A stretch of 64,000 bases of DNA, taken from Antedon mediterranea. Taxonomy: Eukaryota; Animalia; Echinodermata. Under the pieces are notes generated by a model. It saw only the letters and a program-made list of their open reading frames with translations, searched no databases and was not told where the DNA came from. Location of the stretch: contig NC_092670.1 in NCBI RefSeq assembly GCF_964355755.1, positions 14,556,795 to 14,620,794 on the forward strand, given 5' to 3'. Each line of letters begins with the position of its first letter. The stretch's first letter is position 1. Made by a program: the position numbers and the translations under genes. Positions 23,145-35,000 of this stretch are shown here, piece by piece.

Positions 23145-26084
23145 CTACGCCAGTACAATTGAACCATCTCGGAATGCGCCTTCAAAACTTTCCATTTTAA
23201 CCTGAAAAGAGAAAGAATAGATATATGAAGACAACCTAGTTATACATGTACAGTACATTGTTTTAACAGGATTAACATTTTAAAGAATTCGCACCACTTC
23301 AGTCCATAGTATTGTTTTAAAGTGATGGGTTTAATTACACAACCCATTATGGACAGTGCGTATTGTGTTGTTACTTACCTGGTGATAACTACAAATACCC
23401 AGTGTTTCCCAAAGACAGGCATGACTAACTCGGAAAAATAGAATCGTCGTTTTTATCTATGAAAACTCACCATAATCGATTTCCTGATCAGTGCTTTCTT
23501 TGTGCCATTTTTGTTCGTCTGCGCAACTGTTGTCATGGCTCTGGATGAGAAGTAAGTAGTAATCTCCCAGTCTTCGCAGTCGCCAAACAGCTGCTTTTGA
23601 ATCTCTTTATTCTCCAAAGCCCTCAGGAACTGTTCATAACATTCTTCCCCCTCTCTACCACTGGTCGCTGTTGACACGTACGTATGTGACCCTTCGTTTA
23701 GGTACCGCCACTTAATATTCTCTAGGCCTGGTTCGTTTAAAAACCGAGGGAAATGATTTGTATAGTAGGATGGTGCCAGTCTCCACCCGCCACCTGGCCA
23801 TTTAGGTCCTGCTGTTCCATACACGTTCAACACACACATGTAATCGGTGCTGGGTAAGGTGGCACATTCGTTTTGCAAGTCTTCGATCGCTACGTTGTAC
23901 TGTTGAAATAATAGAGATACAATACAAGTAACTTCCGTCAGTTCATAATGATACCTGGTGAAACCGATAAATGCCCTCATAGAGCAATGGCACCCCTCAT
24001 ATGAAATTTAATACTGTAATAACCAGTTTACTCGTTTTTTTGTCCCGTGATTTACAGATACAGAAATGTTCAAACTGAATATATTAACCGCCAATTTTAA
24101 ACATTCAATTTACCTTGTGTTGTTGAGCCTGAGACATGACTGACGGAAGTGACCTCTTGTCAATAACGTCATCAAATGCTGCCACGTCAGCATCTCCATC
24201 ACCGACAGTAAAAGCTGTTACTACAGTGGAGGCATCATCATCACCACCACCGGCACCACCGCCGTCCATCAAACTATCCATCAGTGTAGTTACACTCTAT
24301 AAAATATATTTGATATTTCATTTATTTTGTGTTACCATAAAATACTCTGTTTAACCTATAGGTCTATTATAGACAGAAATGTTCGTTAGGTCTGGGAAAA
24401 AACAGTTAACTTGACGCTCATCAGGAACTTTTATAATGGCATTGTTATAAATATATAATAACTCAATTTTATCAAATAATTAAATTTGAATTGATATTTG
24501 TTATTGACAGGTAAAACCTTAACCTTTGTTTGGTTGAGGAAATAATTCATTAAAAAAAAATAATATTGACCAACTCTGATACGTTAACAATTCAATTTAC
24601 AGCAAGATGTTGAAACCATCAAGTCGTTTATCATGTTTTATTTTGAAATATGTGAAGATATACATTCTCTGGTAAACTACTGGTAGTTTTATTATTGCTA
24701 AAGAATCTCGCTACATACATTTTTGTACGCAAGTGAGTAACTTTTACGGGATGATGCTCTAGTGTTTTTCTGCAGCCATGCTTGGTTACATTAGTGAATG
24801 AATTTCACGGATGACATCATCTTCAAGGTTTGACATGTGGCCCTGTGGCATGATTCTGTCAGTTTACGGTCAAGGTCTCTTTCAGTTTATTTCAAGGTTA
24901 CGTAGTAATTGTAGATAATTATTTTTGGAATATTAATACATTTTAACACCAGAATGATTTTTGGTTTCTGTTTCTAGTAGGCCCACTCATGCATGCTGTA
25001 GGCCTATAATCTATATAAATTGTTTCACTTGTATTCCTTGTAACACTACTAACACAAAAACCAGGAGATTTGCCTTTGTGATAATGAGGACATTTTGGTT
25101 ACGTATTAATATAATACATATCATTATTTTCAATAATGATTTAGTAGAATCATATCTTGATGTTTTCCTTTAATAGGCCACCATTGAAAAATTTGTTATA
25201 GTTTTATATTATCAATCGAAAGCAATTTATTCCATAAAACTAAGGATATGTACAAACATTTCATCAAAAAGTTACGGAAAGGAAACTCAAAATAAGAAAG
25301 GCTTTTAAGTCAAGACCCCTAAAAAATCAATAAGGTATTAATAAGAAGTTATTTATAATAACAACAAAAACAAACAAAAGAACAAAAAAAAAAGAAATTG
25401 TAATAAAGAGTCTCTACTAACCTGCGTGTCCGTGTCCTTATTACGATCAGACGCGTAATATGAAGAATGAATCGAAGGTGGGGCTGAAGAAGCGGGAATT
25501 GACCCATGGTCGTCTGCATGCGATTCTTCTCTAATTGTCTCCAGACCTTCTTCTTCGTCCTCGCCATCTGCATCACTAAAACCATCAACATTGTTTCCAA
25601 TGGAGTTCACCATCTTGTCATTAGTACCGACATCGGCTCCTGATATTGGATTTTTAATCAGAATTGTGCGTCTGGAAACCGCCTTGCCGGTGATGGAATC
25701 AACCTTCGCCAAGAACACCATGCAGAAGAAATCTTTGGTTTTTCCAAACCCTTTGATACTGCTTGCTTCTGTCGATATGCTGTGTACTAAATTACGATAC
25801 AACTTCTTCGCTTCGAATTGTGTTATGTATTTCGAGACATACATGTGGGCTGAGCTGGTTGATACGTGCATAAATGTAACCATATCGCTGTCAAGCTTCT
25901 CGGTAAAATCTAAAGGAATCCCATTCACCAGACGTGGAAAAGTTTTATTGTAGTCATCTCCACGCATAAAAAGACCGCTTCCAGGCCGAGCATTGATCTC
26001 AATTTGGTACCGAGCCAATTTTCGGTTTGTAGGTGGTTTCTCCTCGGATAGTTTTCGAAGGTTTGTCTTGAAGATCGGATCCAT
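23145..26084 (-). CDS. Uncharacterised ~443-aa protein with two diverged copies of one domain joined by an acidic/Gly-rich linker
   Basis: Exons 26084-25422, 24296-24114, 23899-23471 and 23201-23145, all phase 0 with GT-AG introns. Ends ...KSIM|VKMESFEGAFRDGSIVLA*. Minus-strand AATAAA at ~22483-22488. An acceptor at 26095 implies an upstream UTR exon. Confidence 0.8.
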
Positions 26085-27799
26085 TTTGTAAAATCTAAAC
26101 ATTAACAATAAACCTCACAATATTAATTGTTGCTCTTAATTGTTTTATTTATCAATTATCCCTTCTTTATGACTGGATTAAATGTTTGTGGTACTGCTAT
26201 TCAAAATGGTCTGGTTAAGAGATTAAACGTAATTGAAGTAAAGGAAAGTTAAAATAAAAATAAATATAGGCCTATACCTAAAATGACAAATATGTACATA
26301 ATATTTATACAAAGTTTACAAGTTATTTCTAAACGAAAAGTAGATAAACCACGTATATACATAAAAATGGCAAGTCAGCACGTTATAGATTATTCTAAAA
26401 ATTCTAAAATTAAATTATTATTCAAAACAATTGTAAACCCACCTTCGGGAGTAAACACTAACTATTGTTTATGAAGATCCCTCCGGCCCGGCACGTAGTC
26501 CGTTACACTCGCGTCAAGTTTGAACGAATGAATGTTAATGGACAGTAACGCGCTATAATACGAAATGGCGCTTGTTTCCTTTTTTATCTCAAACCATACC
26601 CGAAAAGGAACAGACACTAACTGTTTTGTTTGTAAGCAATAACCCAAGTGATTAAAGAGTATCATCCGTATTCATGAAATCCAAAGGAATCATTCATTTG
26701 GAAAATCTCAAGGTGTTGCGATATTGTAACGGATTGCGTAGATGATGTTTTTATAGTTATCAGACGCATGGGTGCATTTTGCTTGACCTTGGATCTATTG
26801 CAGGAGCATGCACCACATAAACTGCCCGAATAAAGCTGGGCAAAAACACTATCGCATTATTATGCTATTTCCACCCCCCCCCCCCCCCCCAAAAAAAAAA
26901 AACAACACGTATTTTTACAGTTGAAACAAATCCTTATTTGAGATTTATATGAAATCGAGATCAATTCTATTTGATTGGGTCATAATATTGCGACGAAAAC
27001 TTTCAGAGGCTTTCGATCAATATGATAGCAGCTTTGTTTTAGATACAAGCAATTGTTGCAATCCAGTTACTAATTGATGAATTTAGGTTACTAGAAAGGT
27101 GTGAAAAAAATCATACATTTACTTTACAAACAATTTTTTTTATTACAATTTATATTTAAAAAAATGACAATTCCATTCTCATGTAAGGAATGTTTTTAAA
27201 GAAAATTCGTATTGGTTTATCCAGGTGAATAGTAGTAGCATGGAGGTATATATAACTCTAGTAGAGCATACGACTCTGCTTACGGGTAATACTTAGTTCA
27301 GAGTGACTGCACTTAGCAGGACTGTGTACATAAGTATGATGACTCCTACTGTTAGATCATGGAGGTATGGTAGTAGTAACTACTACAATTGTAATGATAT
27401 TAATTTTTAAAATGTCAAAGCAATTTCTGTTTTCAGTAGTAGTACGGTATGTTAACAAAAAATAAGCACCATTTTGAGTCTGTCCTCAGCATTTGGACAA
27501 TTTTCCCACACATTGATAATCTACGTGACACAAAAAATACATGTATCAACAATTCAAGATTCAAGAAATGTTATTGGTTTTGCTTGATATAATTAAGACA
27601 ATAAAACAACTAAGCAAAAATACATCAAATCGCAAATGGCAATGTTAAAATACTATTAAAATGTTAGAATACTGTTTAAAAAAACTATTAAAAATAAGCA
27701 CCATACAAAAATACATTATCTCTAATATATTCTGATGATTTAAGAAATATGATCATTAATAATATCTTTCAATAATATAATTCGTGAATCAATCCATGT

Positions 27800-28850
27800 T
27801 TGGATTACAGAGGTTTCTTTTTTATTTCCCCACAGTGTTTGATTGTTCATTTCACTTAACTTTAAGGGTTCCTTACAAGTGTGGTATATCATTAGCATAG
27901 TTCACTATACTTGTCATACCAAAGCTGATATCTATTGAGAATAGATATTTTTGTTGAACTAATTTCCATTTTTCTGGATCAGGACTTGATAACCCCTTGA
28001 CCAAATTTAATTTCAATGATTTAATCGTATTGTTAAAATTGGTTAAATTGATGCCGCCATTATTTACAATTAAAAATGATTTGGTTAATTTCATTGATTA
28101 ATGTTTTGGAATGCCAATAATGCTGGCATAGGCCTATATTAACCTTGGCATTGCTAATGTTTTTATTACGGTTACTTTAACAAATAAAGTTAGATTTCTT
28201 TCCCAAAATTAAATTTTGAGTAGAGTTTTTTCAAAAAATATTTACCTTTTCAACCCAATTTTTTAATAACATTTTCCCCTGTTATATAAAAAAAAAATGC
28301 CTAAAAAACATGACTGGTTCTTTTACCCGTTGAATTTCGAATGGTTAACTTAAGTTTTCTTTACTTGAACCAATCCACATTCCTGCAACTTTGCAAAAAG
28401 AATATACCTCACCTAGACAAGCCTTTACACTTTTAACATCTCAAAAATAAATGTGTCATCAGCTAATTGTGCAATTTTGATTTCTTGGTACCTATTTACA
28501 GTCACTATTGGTACATTTATACCTTTACACATTGTTTCTAATGTTAGACCATTCAACGGTTGATATAAAAAGAAGTGCAACTGGAGGGATCCTTGTCTAA
28601 TACCACCATTCATATTAAAACTTTTTGATAACCAGTCATTATTTATGGTAATAGACTCACTTTTACAATATAAAGTTTTCACCCATTTAATGAAATCCTT
28701 ACCAAAACCAAATGTTGACAATGACTTAATTAAAAATGATCAATTGAATCGAATGCCGTAGCAAATTCCAAAAGAACCCCTTACTTATAATTCTGCTTAT
28801 CAGTATATTCTAGAATGTCTTCAACAAGCCAATTCTTTCCAGCAAATATC
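27800..28850 (-). pseudogene. Decayed L1/Tx1-clade LINE reverse transcriptase fragment
   Basis: FGFGKDFIKWVKTLY, GGIRQGS, QLADDT and GGINLTNF, with frameshifts and stops. Confidence 0.8.
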
Positions 28851-29049
28851 CCTCTGGCTCATTATTGTAACATACGTGCATGTTGCATTTGTGCGGATAA
28901 CCTAACTATAGTAAATGACGAGTTCAAATCATCTAGTTTTATACAAGTTCAATTGGAATCCGATGAATATTTTCCACAAATTCATCAAAATTATTTGGTT
29001 TTTACTGTTTGATCCACCACAGCATACCGGTACTTCATAGTTGGTACAT

Positions 29050-32000
29050 TCACCAACAGCGATAACCATGATTACAACAATCACACGCGCAAAACCATTG
29101 ATAAAAGCCAGCTGTAATAAAGAAAAATTCTGAATTCACATGTGTAAATGTTTTCAAGGCAAAAGAGTGTGTGAACAGGGGTAACCATCTATGTACGGGC
29201 AAGCAATGTAGGCCTACACATTACCGGTAGTAGAATTTATATTCAGTGTGTTATAGCCATTATCAGAAATGACTTTTCTACTAGAATCACAGAGTGAGTC
29301 GGTTGCGACCTATTGTCAATGAACTTGCAATATAAGTGTTATGTATGTATGATATATATAGCCACAAATGAAAAACCTCACTCTTACATGTAGGATATGA
29401 TGAGCTGTAGTCTGCCTGGTTACAAAATATTACTGTTTCTTCTTCTGGAAATGTAACACCAAAACTATCACAACATGTAGTAATGTTTCCTTCATATTCA
29501 CCATTTACAACACGGATTTTTGACGAACATGTCGCTGTAAAGATATGAAAGATACAGTTTAATTTCTATCAAAAGCACGTAGACCTACAATGTGAACTGG
29601 GGAAAGGTCACGGATTTAAAAAGTTTAGGAACATAAGGACAAGTAATTTACATATGACCGGTGATATATTTCTATTCTTTGTTTTATAGTAATTATTATT
29701 ACTAGATGGTTCTCGAATACATAGTAGGCCTACTGTAATTTCAAATGTACGTACCGCAGGAAAATAATACATGTTGTTTACAGGAACGAATAAATAGACA
29801 CGGTGATTTATGTACTCAACTAAAATTAGTACCCTCGGAATTACTTCCGAAAGAGAAACTTGTCACATAATTGTTTGAGTCAAATTTAAACAAATTTAAT
29901 TTGTGTTTTGTATGTATAAATATATCCCATTTAGTAACGAAATATTAATTGTTTTTATGTTTTACAAATAATATACCACTAAACACAGTAAAACATTGCG
30001 ACAATACTTTGTTGAAACTGTCACCCTCATAGTCGATTGAAATAGTACAGTACATGTAACGATGCGATACATCACTACGACGTTTATATATTTTTTTTGT
30101 AATTACAGTATCTATATATAAATTTACGTAAGGGCAAAATTCGGTAAATCGCGCCTTAATTCTAGAATTTTTACTCGATGGTATATAAAGTTGGTTCGTA
30201 CTTTCGGTACTGATTTTAACAACCTGATGTAACTCTGTTTACTAATTAAATTAAGTTAGATAATTAGTTATTGACGATTAAAACGAATTTAGGTTCAACG
30301 ATTTGCCCCAAATAGGGGTGTTTTCCGATCGTGGTATACACTGTCTAATGGATGTCCATCTTGAAAAATACCCGCCAGAAAAATGCGAGGAGGCTTCGCA
30401 TTTTCCTATCTCCTCCTACGATAATTGTTTCTAATAGCTGAAAACCGGTTGAACAGCTAGAGTACAGCATCATAATGTTGAAGACAGGCCGATTTTCTTA
30501 AAAAATACTATTTTGATAGATTTAATATACGATTATACAAATTATTGATTTGCGATGAATGGAACATCCCAATCTCTCACTCTGCCAGAGTTTGGTTTAA
30601 CACAAGTAGGTAAATTTATGAGCCCTTGGTTTAACCATGGAGAAATAAGTTAACTTATTTCTCCATGGTTAAACACATATGGTAGGTAAATATATGGGCC
30701 CTTTGAGAATAAACTTGCAATACATTGACAATACTGTAAATTAAATACCTATTAACTATTTTTTGTCCTCATTTGAATCGAGCATTTCTTACTGTGAATG
30801 TTCGTACTGTTAGATGTAATATAAAAATATACAAATAAACTTGATTACTGAGATTGTGGATAGGCTCTACTGTTAGATATACAAATAAACTTTATACTGA
30901 CAAATGTTATACTGTATTTAGAGGTATATTATTTATAGGCCTATAAAACATGAAAAAAATATTTCGTTACTGAGTGGATAAAGAATATATTTAAAAATTG
31001 TTCCTCTTTGTACCTATCCGCTTTCCCATCCCTCAACCCTAATGTTACATACAAAACACAAATTCAAAAATTTGGACTCATTTTGTGGTAAGTTTCTCCT
31101 TCGGAAGTAATTCCCAGGGTGCTAATTTTAGTTGACTACATAAATCACAGTGTCTATTTATTCGTTCCTGGCTCGGGCTCAGTATATTAGCAACATTAGG
31201 AAATGAAAATTCTCAAAAACAAATGTTGACGAAACATTTTATAATTGTTACTAAACTAAAGTGCAACATCTATATTTACTTCTCTGTTATTTTCCTCACA
31301 TAATATTTATCAATGTAAAATTGTCAACAAAATGAATGATCGCAACTGGAATCGTGGTTGTAACCTACGTTACATGTTTTATTTTCGACTTTCAATGTAA
31401 ACGATTATAAAGGCAACAATATTATATTTCTATGAATATGAAACTATAAAATAGTGTATGTAATCAAACAAAAACATGTATAATAACTTACATATTGTTA
31501 CATTCACTAATACATATTGTATTTTATAGTTTATACTTTATTAACATCCATAATAAAATGAGTCGTCAATCAAAGGTTGTTGTTGATTTCTTGTATGTCC
31601 GCATACATTCCTGTCTTAAATTCACATAAAATAACACTCATTATTGTACTCTATTAAATAGTCATATGACAAAACTGGTGTTATCTTTCTTAGAAAATGT
31701 TTACTGTGTTACAATTGAGTAACGTAAATTACGTATTCAGTAACGTAAATTACTGAATTGAAAGATGAATTCGTCATCAAAATAGTTAAATAAAAACAAC
31801 ATTTGTAACTTTTAACAATAAACCTCATTGGTATTTTAGATCATTGCCATCACTTTAGTAGGCAAACAGATTATATGTTTCATTAAATCATCCTTTTTTT
31901 ATTTTCTATTAATTCAATGCATATTTTATATGTATAATATATATTTATTCATAAAAACTCCCATATGAAAATGTAAATTAGGGAGTTTTATAATGCTAGT

Positions 32001-35000
32001 GTACATACTATTGTTTTGGTTAATATGATTATTATTATTTATTATAATTCTGTGAACTTTACAGTTGCTTGGCCTAATGCTTATATCAGTCTCAACTTTC
32101 TTAGTAACGTAAGTTACATTTCCTTTAATGTTTCAATTAATTGATTTGATTGCTTCATCGGGGCTTGTGATTGTGATCACACCTAGAGATTTTAATACGT
32201 TTAACTGAAGGGCAAAGTTCTGATGTTTTTGGCAAAGACTTGTGTTTCTTGCTGTGAATTTGACACGTTTAATATTAGCATTTCTTTGTCGGATTTTCTT
32301 AAACGAGGAAAAAGAAACCTTCCGCCGTTGCTCGGGATTTTCACTTTTGTACTTGGCAAACAAGTTCATCGTGTAATCATTGAGGTATCTTATCTGGCGT
32401 TTTTCTTTGGTAGAAGATGTTTTGCAGACATCATCCTGGAGTTGTCATCTCTTTCCATGAAGCCTAATACTTCATTATGAAGAACTCCCCACGCCTTTTT
32501 TACATACTTCGCATCTGTGATTCCTTGCTTTTTCGTCTTGGATAGGTTACGTTGACCAAGGCCCGACTCCCTTGAAACACGCGCGATTAACCTGTATTTT
32601 TTGATTATCTTTCCAGATAGAACATTGCTAATCATTCTTCTGGCCTTCTGCCCTTGATTTATCTCTGTGCTCTCTCTTATTTCATCGAGCAGTGCATGTG
32701 AAAGCAGGAGTTGTTTTTCAACCCTTTGGGTACTGATCTTGGTGACATACCTAGAAAATTGGAAATTACATCAATACTAAATTAAGTACGGTTTAGAATA
32801 TTTAAATATTATCTCAATTGATATGTTCAGGAAGATAATGGTTTAAGCGGCATGTAATGGGCAGAAAAAGAAAATACGTATATTCACATCACCATACACG
32901 ACATGGAACAAGTTATCAATTATAAGGCCTTGAGTACATTTTGTGGATATTTGCTCTATATTATAAATAGCCAATATTATCATTATTAATAATAATTATG
33001 CGTGAATAAAACAGTACATTCATTCGTGACCTACCTGCATTTCGTAAATCCTGATTTGCTTTCGATCTTGGAGAGTCAGTACTACTCATGGACGAGTCAT
33101 GACTGGTAGATGGGATGCAATTCTTATTTACTTTCTTCAAAGCTCTTTCATAGCGCTTGTTTATGGTTTTTTTTTTGTATGGTCATTTTCTGTAACTCCA
33201 GATTTAATTTTTCGATGCGACGATGGGCTCGACTTAGTGCTCTGCCAACACGTTTTCGAGTAGAAATACGTCTCTTAAACGACATCTTGATGCGTAGAGG
33301 AGAAGTTGGTGACACCACATCGGAAGTTATGGCTGAATCATCATTACTACTACTAGGTTCGTCAGCTTCTTCTGGGTGTTGTACTTGTAGTTGGGCTTGA
33401 ACTTGCTTCACGTACCTTCAATGTTTCTGTACTCTTCTTTTCACCGTCGCTCTCCGTGCATTTCTATCTTTTGTTGTAAGTTCTGCTGACGGAACATAGT
33501 ATTTCATTACACGTCTTGCTTCTGCTTGCAAGTACTCTGCTCCTCGCTTCTCTTTTTGTCGTTCCCGATACGCTGCCTGAATCTTGGCTTGTGACTTTAC
33601 CATTATCACCAGTGTCACCTAGTGTTTAACAAAATGTATTAGTATTAAATCGAAATAAACAAATATTAAACTATATTTTTACATTTTAAATAACCATAAT
33701 GTAAAAAAATACATTGACTTTGTATGTAGTAAATTATGTAACTTACGTTACCATGAACTTACTATTAATACTTGTGAGTATCGATATTACAATGAAACAA
33801 GATGTATCCAGGTACATGACATACGTTTGACAATGAATATTCATAAACATATATACACAGATATTATCTTAATATCATTGCTATGTTCGGTAATGTTACA
33901 ACAACATAGACATACAACATCAATGTGAAACTTACGTTACCATAGTATCAAGGGCAATGAAACTTCCCATAAAATAACCCTAAATAAAATCAACTCCGGT
34001 TGGAGGTAATGTTCATTATTGCCTGTATAATATAACTTAAATTATTTGAATATACTGAGTAGAAAAAAAACAAGACGTCTTAGAAATGAGGTATATAAAA
34101 TGGTAACCTACGTTACATGTAGTGTAATTTACGTTACGTTGTTGCCTATGCTAGCTTACTAGTGTAAATTGTACAATGTAATAACATACTTGCATATCTG
34201 TCTAATTTCCTAAATTATAAACATTAGGAAAGTTGTTCTAAATGATCTTTAGTGAATTAAGCATTTGAATACTTACTAAAATATACTCGAAAATCTGATA
34301 TATGACGAATAAACTATGAAATTGTGAAGAAGTATTTATAAAAACGTGGTCAAAATTGCCGCTGTCTGCCGAATCACGTGGTTAAAACTTTTTATTGTAT
34401 CAGAGGGCGTTTTCTTGATCATAAGAATATCTGTATTCCTTAGAAATGTCCACAATATTAAAACTCATCAGTAACAATATATATGGTAACGTAAGTTACC
34501 ATAACGTAAATTTCAAATGAACTTCAAAGGCTCAAATAATTAAATCTTAAAACAACAACAAAATAATCAGTTTAAAATTAAACTTGACGTAACTAATCTT
34601 ATAAATTATTATAACATGTGTGTACACAAACCGGATCCTAAGAAGAAATGGGGTAACGTAGGTTACATAGCTTAACCAATCGTTTTTCATTAACACTTTC
34701 CAGGCAATTTTATAACGTATTTACATTATATTTCATCCGCGCAAGCAATATAATCGTTATCAAGAGTACAAATCACATATAATACGAAGAAAAACACTTT
34801 TATAGGTAATTATTAATTGATATTTAATGCATTTTTTAAAGTCTGTAACGTAAGTTACGTCATTTGTGCGACATATTTAATTGAAGAATTTTTTTTAAAT
34901 AAAACTCATTTTTTGTCAAAATTTCACTTACATGCATTAAACGTAAAGGTAAGGCTCCAAAATATACAGTATTTACAATGATAAATGGGATTATATTTAA

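Noticed and set aside
23379-23428. Extra 50-nt exon (LVMPVFGKHWVFVVITR) in the two-domain gene
   Set aside because: It has a good donor but needs a rare GAG acceptor. Skipping it fits the internal repeat better, and the duplicate's last exon has a stop in the alternative frame. It remains possible as a minor isoform.
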